Below are positions 28,346 to 37,916 of a stretch of 64,000 nt of DNA, one piece after another. The stretch's first letter is position 1. Each line of letters starts with the position of its first letter. Where the stretch lies: the IMG/VR virus record IMGVR_UViG_3300020170_000012, positions 3,783-67,782 of that record, one strand, 5' to 3'. The notes beneath the pieces were generated by a model, which was not told where the DNA came from, did no database searches, and saw nothing but the letters and a program-made list of their open reading frames with translations. Position numbers and translations under genes: made by a program. This DNA comes from a virus.

Positions 28346-29395
28346 CTACTCTAGTCCTTCAATCCGGCGCTGCTTGGCGCCGTGCTGCTTTGCTCTCAGC
28401 ACGCGGAAGCTCGAAGCCTTGGAGACGAACTCCTTGCGGTGCTGCTCCTTGAGGCTGACGTCCCAGCCGTCGGCGAGCGCAACTTCGAACTCGCCGATGC
28501 GGGCGCGGATATTGGCGGCCATCGCTTCCTTGCGCTCCTTGGCGAATTTCTCCTCGTCGGAATACTTGGCGTGGAACGCCAGCAGCTCGGTGAACTCCTG
28601 GTCGCCGCGGTAATCGATGGTCGAGCCCGGCTTGACGTTGGCGTACATCGCCTTGATGACGTCCATGTCTTTTTCGAAGTTGAACTTTGGTTCGATTCCC
28701 TCGTCGATATCCTCCCAGAAGCGGTTGGTGCGCGCGATGATCTGAGCGATGGCGTCGTCGTTGCGGTCGACGTCGACGATGTGCACCTCCATCGGGTCCC
28801 ACTCGCCAACTGGAAGAACAGCGACTTTACCGTAGGCGGCTCCGGTCAGGTAGATATAGGTCATAATCTGGAGGAGCTGCCACGGCTCCGGGACGATCAA
28901 TCCTTCAGGATCGCCGCCGCGCCAGATGCGGATGAAGTCGGAGCGGCCGACGGTTTTGATTTCCAGGACGCCTTTGCCGATGGAGTCGCTTTCCTTGTCG
29001 AAAAAGATGAAGTCAGGCGTGCCGCCGAGGCGGTGCTCGACGTCGCGATAGTAGTGCGTCGCCTTGGCGATCGACCAGCTCGGGTTTTTGGCAGCCACCT
29101 CGCTGGCGACGAAGGATTCGAGCTTCACTCCCCTGCTCATTACTCCGTCGGTCTTTTCTTCCTCGACTATAGCTCCTGACTTCAGGGCGTAGAGCTTGGC
29201 CGGCGTGAGGTAGCGATGCACGTCGAATAGCGCTCCCACCTCTGAACCTGTGACGTCGTTCTTGCGCAGGTCGAGCCATTGCTGGCGGTCGTCGATGGGG
29301 AATTTCTGGATGCCCGCTCTTGCGGGCGGTTGAGTAGAGGTGGCACTGCTATTCGTATTCAATTTACCTTCTCCTTGCTCGGCGGTGCCGTCCAC
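28346..29395 (-). CDS. YqaJ-type viral recombinase/exonuclease
   Basis: WLDLRKNDVTGSEVGAL, RGVKLE, GGTPDF, VLEIKT, LQ...Y; upstream of recT. Confidence 0.9.
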   Translation of the reverse strand: MDGTAEQGEGKLNTNSSATSTQPPARAGIQKFPIDDRQQWLDLRKNDVTGSEVGALFDVHRYLTPAKLYALKSGAIVEEEKTDGVMSRGVKLESFVASEVAAKNPSWSIAKATHYYRDVEHRLGGTPDFIFFDKESDSIGKGVLEIKTVGRSDFIRIWRGGDPEGLIVPEPWQLLQIMTYIYLTGAAYGKVAVLPVGEWDPMEVHIVDVDRNDDAIAQIIARTNRFWEDIDEGIEPKFNFEKDMDVIKAMYANVKPGSTIDYRGDQEFTELLAFHAKYSDEEKFAKERKEAMAANIRARIGEFEVALADGWDVSLKEQHRKEFVSKASSFRVLRAKQHGAKQRRIEGLE

Positions 29396-29640
29396 CCGTT
29401 GTTGAACAGGTCTGTCATGAATTCGAAAACGTCACCCATGATCACGATGCGCTGGTTGTCGTCGAGGCCATGGGCGTTGGCGAGCGCTGAGACGATGCAT
29501 AGACACAAGGTTGCAAAGGCCGTCCCATAAGGATTGCCGGCGGGGTTGGTGTTGACATGCCCGGCGATCAAATTCTGCATCTTGTCGGCTAGATCGAAGT
29601 TAATCCAGTCGCGGTTTAGTCTTCCTTCTTTTTTTTCCAT
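29359..29640 (-). CDS. Hypothetical early protein
   Basis: Short ORF in a tightly packed leftward operon. Confidence 0.55.
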   Translation of the reverse strand: MEKKEGRLNRDWINFDLADKMQNLIAGHVNTNPAGNPYGTAFATLCLCIVSALANAHGLDDNQRIVIMGDVFEFMTDLFNNGWTAPPSKEKVN

Positions 29641-29911
29641 GGTCGCACTCCATTTCGCCGCAGATTTCGCAGGCGTTGCGTTGCTTGCGTGTCGCCCGAA
29701 TATTATCCCGGAGGGCGGCCAGCCATGCGTCGACCGTCGATGGCGGCGCATGAATCCAGGGACGTCCGAGACTATCCACGGCCATGTGGTTGTCGGGGTC
29801 TGGCTTGCGGCAGCCCGGGATGACGCCACGCTCGCGCTCGGTGACTTTGGCGCGTGCTCTGTTCCAGCGTTCGGCGCGGAATTCGGCGATTTTCTCACTG
29901 GAAGTTTTCAT
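29600..29911 (-). CDS. Hypothetical early protein
   Basis: AAAGGAA RBS, downstream of the 29945-29973 promoter; CEICG motif. Confidence 0.6.
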   Translation of the reverse strand: MKTSSEKIAEFRAERWNRARAKVTERERGVIPGCRKPDPDNHMAVDSLGRPWIHAPPSTVDAWLAALRDNIRATRKQRNACEICGEMECDHGKKRRKTKPRLD

Positions 29912-29944
29912 TTCTAAGTTCCTTTTTATTTCCGTCGGTTCTCC

Positions 29945-29973
29945 TACTTAGTTTTTGGATGACAGAAAGTCAA
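29945..29973 (-). promoter_or_regulatory. Sigma70-like phage promoter
   Basis: TTGACT-TTCTGTCATCCAAAAAC(17)-TAAGTA. Confidence 0.7.
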
Positions 29974-30166
29974 CCAAATCGTTGACAATTTCGTCGTCAG
30001 TCTTGCCGAAGGCCCTTTCCATCTCCTTCGTCACCGGGGTACAGACGGGCGTGCAGGGATACTGCCGGTCAGCAGTGTGATCTGTGTGTTTCGCGCCTTG
30101 TTTTGCCGTCACCAACATGATGCCGACGGCAATAATGGCGATAATCAAGTACATCATTCGTCCCAT
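29948..30166 (-). CDS. Small membrane protein
   Basis: AAGGAG RBS; N-terminal hydrophobic helix. Confidence 0.65.
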   Translation of the reverse strand: MGRMMYLIIAIIAVGIMLVTAKQGAKHTDHTADRQYPCTPVCTPVTKEMERAFGKTDDEIVNDLVDFLSSKN

Positions 30167-30480
30167 CGGGGTCTCCTTTGAGGGTAAACCGGCATCCGGC
30201 GGTAGCGGTGAAACTCGTCAAGTAGTTCGTTGCCGCGGTAGCGCGGCGGCGGTTCCTCGACCGGCATGTCGACGCCGGGGCCGTAGCGGCGCTGGAACCG
30301 CAGCGGCGGATAGTCGTAGAGGTACGGCGACCGCGGCAGCGGCATCATGGCGCCGGGGCCACAGGCCGGCGGGCAGCCCGGGAAGCCTTGGCCGAAGGCA
30401 GCCCAGGCAAAGAAAACGATACTGAGCGCAAATATGCCGACGGCAAATATCAGAAGCCATCTTTGGTTCCTTTGGTTCAT
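30154..30480 (-). CDS. Membrane/secreted Pro-rich protein
   Basis: CAGGAG RBS; N-terminal hydrophobic helix. Confidence 0.65.
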   Translation of the reverse strand: MNQRNQRWLLIFAVGIFALSIVFFAWAAFGQGFPGCPPACGPGAMMPLPRSPYLYDYPPLRFQRRYGPGVDMPVEEPPPRYRGNELLDEFHRYRRMPVYPQRRPRWDE

Positions 30481-30818
30481 CGTTCGATCTCCTGTTTGAG
30501 CGGCGTGGCGACGAGCTGCATGAAAAGATTCTCAGCGTTGCTGGTATCCTTCTGGGTGAGCATGTTTCGCTTCCCGTTGTCGATGCGGGACATGTAGATG
30601 ATCTGCATCGCGATCGAGGCAAGAACCTGCTCCGGAGGAGCAAGACCGAGAAGCTCCCGCAGGAACGGCGTCATGCCGGCGCGGACAATGTTGACGGCGC
30701 CGTCCGCAAGCTGATCTTTCGGCACCGTTGTCGCGTACAGCTCAAGCACGCGGTGGAGCGCACTTTTTGCGTCATCGTTGAGCTTGGTCATCAGGTCTTT
30801 GATCAGAGTTTCGTTCAT
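30477..30818 (-). CDS. Hypothetical protein
   Basis: ATGA coupling with the downstream gene; helical protein. Confidence 0.65.
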   Translation of the reverse strand: MNETLIKDLMTKLNDDAKSALHRVLELYATTVPKDQLADGAVNIVRAGMTPFLRELLGLAPPEQVLASIAMQIIYMSRIDNGKRNMLTQKDTSNAENLFMQLVATPLKQEIER

Positions 30819-30985
30819 TTTTGCCGTTCCTTCCACACTTTGCGAACCGCCTCGGCCATGTCGGGGAGAGGTTCGCCTTGCCGCCATCGCCCAAGCAACA
30901 TGGCGTAGGTTTCCTTGGCGCCATCCTCGTCATTGTCGAGAATGTTCTCAACGAGTTTCTCGGCAAGCTCTTGCAAGTCCATAGG

Positions 30986-31486
30986 TCACTTCGACTCCAT
31001 CTTGATGGCAAGCTTCAGTTTTTCGTCATACTCCACCTTCAGCCTATCGATCTTCTCAATGAGCTTCTCGACGGTAGCGATGCGACCATAACCACGGTTG
31101 GTACTGATCTGCACTGGATAGATACGTTTGTTGATTTCGCTGACTTCAGCCTCCAGCTTGGCGCGGCGTATCAGCAGATTGCGTACACCGGGGGCGATGG
31201 GATACACGGTATCCCAATCTTTTTCAGGTTTATCGACGAACAACAGACGTGACGTGTTGCTGTGAATGCCCTTGATGTGCAATGTGCCGTTGCCATCTTC
31301 GGGGATGACGCTGAGCATCATGTTTGGCACGCCATTCTTAGCTTCGAGCTTTTTGCTGGCGTCGATTGCGTCGATGGCTTGCTGGTAGGTATCGAAGACC
31401 TTGAAATGCTCGAACATCGGCCCGGTGACCAGGAATCGGCAATTGGAATCGAGCGAGATTTCGTGGCCGAGATATTCTTTTTTCAT
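30986..31486 (-). CDS. Hypothetical protein
   Basis: AAAGGA RBS before MKKEYLG. Confidence 0.7.
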   Translation of the reverse strand: MKKEYLGHEISLDSNCRFLVTGPMFEHFKVFDTYQQAIDAIDASKKLEAKNGVPNMMLSVIPEDGNGTLHIKGIHSNTSRLLFVDKPEKDWDTVYPIAPGVRNLLIRRAKLEAEVSEINKRIYPVQISTNRGYGRIATVEKLIEKIDRLKVEYDEKLKLAIKMESK

Positions 31487-31531
31487 GAACCGTAGGTCCT
31501 TTCTTGTTAACAGAGTGAGGGCCAAGAGGCC

Positions 31532-31729
31532 CTAAATCTCCAATTCCAGCCCGGCCTCGGCGATGCCGTCGGCCAGCGCGTGGGCGTAGCGGCGGTCGAC
31601 CCACAAGGTCGTGCCCAGCCATTGCCAGCCGTCGGCGCCGACGTTGGTCTCGAACCACTGGCGGGCTGCGAGCGTGTGCAGCGTGAAACCGATAAGACTG
31701 CCTTCGGCAGTCATGGTGATATCGGTCAT
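31532..31729 (-). CDS. Hypothetical protein
   Basis: GAGAGGA RBS; 65 aa. Confidence 0.7.
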   Translation of the reverse strand: MTDITMTAEGSLIGFTLHTLAARQWFETNVGADGWQWLGTTLWVDRRYAHALADGIAEAGLELEI

Positions 31730-31912
31730 TTTCCTCTCCCGAATATTTTGCCGATAGCGTAGCCGAGCGCAAAGGCGCCGACGAGGCCGATGAGGGCGAA
31801 TAGGGTTTCGAGTTCCATTTCTTTCATTCCATTGATGCCCGCTCTTGCGGGCGGTCGAGCAAGCCGGGGCACAATGCCTTGTCGTTACTTATTACCGGCC
31901 TGCTCTATCCAC

Positions 31913-31941
31913 TAGATATTTATTGAGTGACAGAAAGTCAA
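31913..31941 (-). promoter_or_regulatory. Sigma70-like phage promoter with operator in spacer
   Basis: TTGACT-TTCTGTCACTCAATAAA(17)-TATCTA. Confidence 0.7.
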
Positions 31942-32135
31942 GTGGATTTCTTAGTCTTGCGTTTGAGCCTCCAGGTGTATTTCGACCAGCGGTAATCGAC
32001 GAATAGGTCGATGTCCCGCAAGTCGTTGAAGAACCTGACCGGGGTGAAGATGTATTTCCCGTTGCAGCGCGCATTCTCTAATGCGGCGCGTTTACGGGCG
32101 CCTTCTGCCGTCTTGAAGACCTGCTTCAAAATCAT
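31938..32135 (-). CDS. Small basic hypothetical protein
   Basis: GAGGTG RBS; 65 aa. Confidence 0.6.
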   Translation of the reverse strand: MILKQVFKTAEGARKRAALENARCNGKYIFTPVRFFNDLRDIDLFVDYRWSKYTWRLKRKTKKST

Positions 32136-32496
32136 GGCTACACCTCAATGATGGGGTTCTGCGACCTTGGATCGATGAACATCGAGCTTTCGTTGTGCTT
32201 CTCGATCTTACGGCCGGTGATTTCCTCGATGCCTGCGATCATCTGAGCATCGGTGATGACACCGTCGGTCGCCAGCAGGACGCCTTCCTTGATCTGTTCC
32301 CATTGCTTGTCGGTCATTTTAACACCACACAAGATCGCGGTCGGTCGCGATTACGTCGTGCATGATTTTGTAGCACTCATCGTAACCGTTGCGGTGCCGG
32401 ATGCTTTCGTGATCTTCCGTCATCAAGTGCAGTATCCGGGCATATAACTGCCAATTTCTCGTCTTGTTCATAAGTTGTCTCCTCTCGTGTGGAGCA

Positions 32497-32525
32497 CATT
32501 TAGTTATTGTCACTCAGAAAGTCAA
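32497..32525 (-). promoter_or_regulatory. Sigma70-like phage promoter with inverted operator
   Basis: TTGACT-TTCTGAGTGACAATAAC(17)-TAAATG. Confidence 0.75.
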
Positions 32526-32530
32526 GCACG

Positions 32531-32569
32531 AAAAAACCGCCACCCGGCATGCCAGTGCAGGGCGGCGGT
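32531..32569 (-). terminator. Intrinsic terminator
   Basis: Minus strand ACCGCCGCCC...GGGTGGCGGT followed by a T-run. Confidence 0.7.
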
Positions 32570-32604
32570 GCGAGCGCAGCGAGCGGTCGAGCAGGTGCTG
32601 CCGC

Positions 32605-33012
32605 TTAGTTCCCGACTTGTTCAGATCGCCGTTGGTATTGGGCGATCAGGTTGCGGTGCGGTGGAGGTGTTCGCCGGATGACTTCGGCGATACGATCGGG
32701 CTTGCTCTGTGCCCGCGCTCGCTCGACCGCTCGCTCCGCTCGCCCGTATACCGGCGAGTTCCGAGCGACGAACATGTCCTGCCACGTCGGCGCCCAACGG
32801 CCGTATGCGATCTGCATGCCGCCGGAGGCTTGCATATCGGCGGTGGTCTGGTGGACGAGCACTGGAGTGTTGGTGCTGTTGCCGCCGTCGCTGACGCCGT
32901 TGTGGTCGTAGCTGAGCGTGACGCGTTCGCGTGTCAGGTAGGTGGCGCCAGAGGTAACCCCAGCAGCGACCAGGGCGGCGCAAGTGGCGAGCGTAATGCT
33001 TGTGATTTTCAT
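32605..33012 (-). CDS. Putative secreted protein
   Basis: AAAGGA RBS; signal-peptide-like MKITSITLATCAALVAAG. Confidence 0.6.
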   Translation of the reverse strand: MKITSITLATCAALVAAGVTSGATYLTRERVTLSYDHNGVSDGGNSTNTPVLVHQTTADMQASGGMQIAYGRWAPTWQDMFVARNSPVYGRAERAVERARAQSKPDRIAEVIRRTPPPHRNLIAQYQRRSEQVGN

Positions 33013-33257
33013 AATTGTCCTTTGGGGTTTTGGAGGAATGTCTGTCGGACGAGGGGCTTCAACGAGACCGACCGGAGGGGCGTGGGGAAGGTAGGTCTTC
33101 ACGTTCACGCATTGCCAAGCCCGACAGACCAGCGAGATATAGGCCCGTCTTCAGTTCCCGTCAACCACCGATTGATATCAAAAAATCAGACTTGCCCGTG
33201 AAGCGGGCGGCCGAGTAGAGTTGGAGACTTTTCCTCCTTTTGAGATTCGGGGCGTGA

Positions 33258-35393
33258 ATGACAATAGAACAAGTCACACAACTGCGCTTGCGCTTGCGCC
33301 ATTCCGGATATTCTCCATTACCGCTGATGGGGAAGGCCCCACAATTAAGGTCGTGGCAGGAGAAAATTCAGAGCAACGACGAGGAGATAAGACTTTGGGC
33401 CAAGCTGTTCGAGCATTGCGAGAACACCGGCATCCTGACGGCCTACACGCCGGCTTTTGATATTGACATCACTGACGGCCCAGCCGCAGGCGCGGTGGAG
33501 GCGTTCGTCCGGGAAACGATCAAAGATGTTCCCGGCGTAGTCATGACGCGGGTGGGGAGGATTCCTAAGCGCGCCATCATGTTTCGTACCGAGGTGCCGT
33601 TTCGAAAAATTCAGATTCCGTTGCTGGATAAGGATGGAGCTGGCGGCCAAAAGCTGGAGTTCCTCGGGGACGGACAACAGATCGCCGCGTTCGGGATTCA
33701 CCCGGATACCCAGGCCCCCTATACATGGTTTGGCGGTGAGCCGGGCGACGTCGCGCATGCGCAATTGCCGCTTATCACCGAAACGCAGGCGCGGTGGCTT
33801 GTCCAAAAGAGCGCCGAGCTTCTGATCGAGCGGTTTGGCTATAAGCCGAAAACTTCAGCCACTGTTGAGGTTAAGCAAGCCGGAAACGGGCATGACCCAG
33901 CGCCGGTGACGGTCATCGATTCCAGACAGGCGCGAGAGTGGGCGGAAAACCTCGCCGGCATCACAGCCGGCACCGACCTGCATGATTCAATCGCGTCGAT
34001 GGCGATGAAGCTCCTGCGGTCGGGGATGTCCGACGGGTCCGCAGTTAATTTCCTGCGGGCACACATGGAGGCGGCGCCGCTCGCGCGCAATGAGCGCTGG
34101 CAGGAGCGGTTCGACGATATCCCCCGTGCCGTAAGCACAGCCCGCGGCAAGCTCGTGAAAGAGGAAGCCAAGGCCGCGAGGCCGGCGCCGGAGTTGCCCT
34201 CAGAATGGTTGGCTGGGGCCAACATCGTCCGCGGTGACACTGGCAAGGCGCTCCCCGTTGTCGCCAATGCGATCATCGGCGTGCGGGCGCTCTATCCTGA
34301 CCGTTTTGCGTTCGACGAGATGTTGCGGACGACAGTGTTTCGTGGGCTGCGGACGCCGATTACAGACAATGACGCGGTGCTGGTGCAGGAACGAATTCAG
34401 CATGAAGGATTGAAGCGCATGGGGAAAGACACGGTGCAGGACGCGATCGAGGTGGTGGCACGGGAGAACGCATTCCATCCGGTGCGGCAATATCTCGAAG
34501 GGTTAGTGTGGGACGGCACTGAGCGTGTGGCGTTTCTGTTTCCAAAGTATTTCGGAGCGCTCAACGGGCCTTACGAGCGCATCATCGGCGAGATGTTTTT
34601 GATCTCGATGGTGGCGCGCATCTTTGTACCAGGGTGCAAGGCGGACCACATGCCGGTGATCGAGGGGCCGCAAGGCGCGCTCAAGAGCACAGCTTGCAGG
34701 ATATTGGGTGGGCAGTGGTACGCCGACGACATGCCCGACCTCGCCGACGGCGGCAAGGATGTGAAGCAGTACATCCGCGGCAAGTGGCTGATCGAGATTT
34801 CGGAAATGCACGCGATGTCGCGCGCCGACAACACGCTGCTTAAGACTTTCATTTCAGGACAGGAGGAGCGCTACCGCCCAAGTTTCGGGCGCCGGGAAGT
34901 GATCGAGCCGCGCATGTGCGTGTTCGTCGGCACCACCAACAAGGACACGTATCTGAAGGACGAAACCGGCGGCCGGCGGTTCTGGCCGGTCAAATCAGGG
35001 ATCATCGACATCGTCGCCCTGGCAGCCGATCGCGACCAGCTCTTTGCTGAGGCCGTGCATCTCTACCGGGCCGGAAAGCTGTGGCATCCCGACAAGGAGT
35101 TCGAGCGGCAGTACATCAAGCCGCAGCAAGACGCGAGGTATGAGGATGACGCCTGGGAGACGGCAATCGCAGCTTTTTTGAAGTCCGACACAACCGCGGT
35201 GACGTCGGGTAAGACGACGGTTTGGGCGGTCGCGAAATCGCTTGGATTTGAGACGTCCAGGCTCGGAACTGCGGACCAAAGACGCATCGCGGCGGCGCTT
35301 GTCAGGGTTGGATGGGAGAGGACAGGGAAACAGGATGATGATGGTCGCATCATGTTTGTGAACAGGAATGTTTATGGAAGACTTCCGAGATGA
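33258..35393 (+). CDS. Bifunctional primase-polymerase fused to a VapE/VirE-type helicase
   Basis: N-terminal GYSPLPL.GKAP...AFDID...IHPDT..PY.W; C-terminal EGPQGALKST, LIEISEM, RPSFGR, FVGTTN...LKDETGGRRFWPV. Confidence 0.9.
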   Translation: MTIEQVTQLRLRLRHSGYSPLPLMGKAPQLRSWQEKIQSNDEEIRLWAKLFEHCENTGILTAYTPAFDIDITDGPAAGAVEAFVRETIKDVPGVVMTRVGRIPKRAIMFRTEVPFRKIQIPLLDKDGAGGQKLEFLGDGQQIAAFGIHPDTQAPYTWFGGEPGDVAHAQLPLITETQARWLVQKSAELLIERFGYKPKTSATVEVKQAGNGHDPAPVTVIDSRQAREWAENLAGITAGTDLHDSIASMAMKLLRSGMSDGSAVNFLRAHMEAAPLARNERWQERFDDIPRAVSTARGKLVKEEAKAARPAPELPSEWLAGANIVRGDTGKALPVVANAIIGVRALYPDRFAFDEMLRTTVFRGLRTPITDNDAVLVQERIQHEGLKRMGKDTVQDAIEVVARENAFHPVRQYLEGLVWDGTERVAFLFPKYFGALNGPYERIIGEMFLISMVARIFVPGCKADHMPVIEGPQGALKSTACRILGGQWYADDMPDLADGGKDVKQYIRGKWLIEISEMHAMSRADNTLLKTFISGQEERYRPSFGRREVIEPRMCVFVGTTNKDTYLKDETGGRRFWPVKSGIIDIVALAADRDQLFAEAVHLYRAGKLWHPDKEFERQYIKPQQDARYEDDAWETAIAAFLKSDTTAVTSGKTTVWAVAKSLGFETSRLGTADQRRIAAALVRVGWERTGKQDDDGRIMFVNRNVYGRLPR

Positions 35394-35530
35394 TCTGTAT
35401 GGTCTGTTTTTGTCTTACTATACTACCTTTTTCAGACCATTCAGAGCACTCAGACCATTGACTCGTATAGGCAGTGTTTTGTAATTATCTCCTATATAGC
35501 AAAATGCTCTAGGTGCTCTATGTGATCTGT
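35394..35530. other. Candidate replication origin
   Basis: AT-rich intergenic stretch directly after the replicase; TCAGACCATT x2 direct, ATGGTCTG inverted, TGCTCTA x2. Confidence 0.5.
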
Positions 35531-35557
35531 AGTTGAAAATTTTGTGAGGACAACCCG

Positions 35558-36070
35558 ATGCCACTTTCCATGTCGTTCAGCGTGCTTCGAGCGAGTGTTG
35601 CCAAGAGGGTCGACAGGACTAATAATGGTATCCTAGTGAGGATAGACAAACACAACTCAGAATCTTGCAAATCACGCATAGATTGTGAGGTGATCGAAGT
35701 GGTGACGGCCAACCTGGCGCCGCAAATCCGCGTTCGGTGCGGGTGTGGTCGCAGGATGGATTGCGTGCTGCCGCGCAAGTGGTTTACGCCTGCTCAAATC
35801 GATCAGATGGAAAAGCTGCGGTTGGAACCTGGGCAAGCTGTCGAATGCCAGAGGTGCCATGTTTTTACGATCAATGTCGAACAGCACCATGTGGCGCCGA
35901 GGCAGTTCTTCGAGGATTCGGATGAATGGCCGACGATTGCGCTGTGTCAGTGCTGCCATGTACGTTGGCATCAGGTTATGAACGCTCGCGTCTCCACCCC
36001 CCCTCAGACTCCCCAAAAAACGCTCTCCAGAGGCTCCCCAGACGCTTGGGAACCACGTCGTGGGCGGTAG
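35558..36070 (+). CDS. Zn-binding/HNH-like protein
   Basis: CQRC...EQHH...LCQCCHVRWH. Confidence 0.55.
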   Translation: MPLSMSFSVLRASVAKRVDRTNNGILVRIDKHNSESCKSRIDCEVIEVVTANLAPQIRVRCGCGRRMDCVLPRKWFTPAQIDQMEKLRLEPGQAVECQRCHVFTINVEQHHVAPRQFFEDSDEWPTIALCQCCHVRWHQVMNARVSTPPQTPQKTLSRGSPDAWEPRRGR

Positions 36071-36228
36071 ACGGTCTAAGGGAGTTCAAGTCGAGAGAGA
36101 CATCCGCCGTTGGCGTATTGCCGAGCTGCGTGTCCAAGGTAAGAGTTGGGCTGAGATTGGCCGTATCGTCGGGATGGATCGTTCCGACGCTCACAAAATG
36201 CTGAACCGAGTGCGAAAAAGGAATCCCT

Positions 36229-36567
36229 ATGGACAATCAGACGCCAAAACCGATGTGGGGACCGTGGTCGACAGAGTTGAGAGACCCGGCTGAGCAGTTC
36301 GCTCAACTGCGCTGCCTGCGGACGCTCATCCATGTGCTCGTCGGTGATCGGAGAAGCGACTATAGCGACAGCGTCAAGCATTTAGAGCGGGCGCTCCAAG
36401 CAGCAGAAGATCACATTCGACTTCATGGGTTCTGGTTTGCCGACGAGAACATGGCGCTCGCCGACGCTCGTGCGCTGTTCGATGCGCTCCCGGCCGCGCG
36501 TCAGCGCGACATCATCGCGACATTCGCGGTGCTCCACAAACCTGTTGCGCCCCCGAAAGAGGAATGA
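36229..36567 (+). CDS. Hypothetical protein
   Basis: AAAGGA RBS; 112 aa. Confidence 0.65.
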   Translation: MDNQTPKPMWGPWSTELRDPAEQFAQLRCLRTLIHVLVGDRRSDYSDSVKHLERALQAAEDHIRLHGFWFADENMALADARALFDALPAARQRDIIATFAVLHKPVAPPKEE

Positions 36568-36650
36568 TATCAAAAATTCATGTGGACGGTTTTCATCGTG
36601 GTCATCTTCGGAATCTCGTTTGCATATTTGGCCTGGGAGCTGACAAAGTC

Positions 36651-37109
36651 ATGAGACGCCAGCGTCGCACCTCCGTCGGTCGCATGGAGGCCAACAAGAT
36701 CAAGCGCAGCGCTGAGCAGCGCGCCAGAGACACGCATAAGCAGGTCCAGGACCTGATCACGTCTGTCAATGAGAGCGTCAAGGGTCGCGGAGACGAATAC
36801 GGCGTTCCAGACGCGATGCTGGAACTTGATGCTGCTCTACGCCTTGCCATGCTCACCGGCCACGCTGGCGCCGCCGTGTCGGCTATCATGGGTAAGTGCA
36901 AGCTCCAAGGGCTGATCATTGATCGCTCCGTTTCGGCCATTGGCAAGCCAGGGGATTTTTCTCAACCGCAGACCATCGACGATCTCGTTGAGGATATGCG
37001 GGAGAATCTTGGGTCACGGACGGCTGAGAGGTTCATCGATCTTCTCCGTGGTTTGGGAATAGAATGCCAAGGGGACGAACAGGTGATTGATGGGCAAGCG
37101 CAAGAGTAA
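36651..37109 (+). CDS. Terminase small subunit-like protein
   Basis: ELDAALRLAM...AGAAVSAIMGKCKLQGLIIDR resembles TerS C-terminal helices. Confidence 0.6.
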   Translation: MRRQRRTSVGRMEANKIKRSAEQRARDTHKQVQDLITSVNESVKGRGDEYGVPDAMLELDAALRLAMLTGHAGAAVSAIMGKCKLQGLIIDRSVSAIGKPGDFSQPQTIDDLVEDMRENLGSRTAERFIDLLRGLGIECQGDEQVIDGQAQE

Positions 37110-37752
37110 ACAGCCTATCGATGATGAGAGGTTGAAAAAAATTTGGCCAACAGACATCCCCGATGAGGAAATGGCCAGGCGACTTGGTCATCATCGTGGA
37201 GTTCTGAGACGGCGTGCTCAATTTTTGGGTTTACCGCTACGCCGTGCAGCAAGAGGCAGATTTATGGACAAACCGAAAAGGATTAACGTCACACAAGTGC
37301 GATATCGTGAAGCGCTACAAAAGATCGCCAATGGCGTTACCGATCCTGTCGAAGTGGCGCGTGAGGCGATACGTGAGCATCGGGCTGAGCGGCGCCGTAG
37401 TCTCGTTGGTATCCGCTTCACACGTCTGAAGGTGATATTCTATGCCGGCATGAGGCAACGTCCAGATGGCAAGGTTCTGCGCAAGCGGGCGACATGGCTT
37501 TGCATGTGCGATTGCGGTACGCTTTGCCGTATCGAGGGCAACACTCTCTTAGCCGGGAGTACCAAGTCGTGCGGTTGTCTGCGCTCCGACCAGATGCAGC
37601 GGTTCTACAAGCACGGCCGCTACGCCAAGAGGCTGATGCCGCCGGTTCAGATCGAGGTGCTCCATGATTCCGTTTCAAGAGTACAAAAAGTTGGAGATCA
37701 GGGACAAGCTGAAATTCTGGATGGACCTGCCGCAAGGCGCGACGCTGCCTGA
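37087..37752 (+). CDS. HTH plus HNH-endonuclease-associated Cys domain protein
   Basis: DERLKKIW...EMARRLG HTH; LVGIRFTRLKV...WLCMCDCG...L..GSTKSCGC. Confidence 0.7.
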   Translation: MMGKRKSKQPIDDERLKKIWPTDIPDEEMARRLGHHRGVLRRRAQFLGLPLRRAARGRFMDKPKRINVTQVRYREALQKIANGVTDPVEVAREAIREHRAERRRSLVGIRFTRLKVIFYAGMRQRPDGKVLRKRATWLCMCDCGTLCRIEGNTLLAGSTKSCGCLRSDQMQRFYKHGRYAKRLMPPVQIEVLHDSVSRVQKVGDQGQAEILDGPAARRDAA

Positions 37753-37900
37753 CGACTGGCCGAACGTCGGTGAGTGGCATTTCCACATCCGCGACGTTTG
37801 TAAGGAGGCGTTTGAGGAGATCACATTCCTGCGGTCCGTTGCCGGTGCTGTCAGTCAGGGGCGGAATTTCGAGGAGTTGAGGAAAGCGAGCCGACGGTGA
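37664..37900 (+). CDS. Hypothetical protein
   Basis: GAGGTG RBS; 78 aa. Confidence 0.55.
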   Translation: MIPFQEYKKLEIRDKLKFWMDLPQGATLPDDWPNVGEWHFHIRDVCKEAFEEITFLRSVAGAVSQGRNFEELRKASRR

Positions 37901-37916
37901 TGGCTGTATTTCTGCG

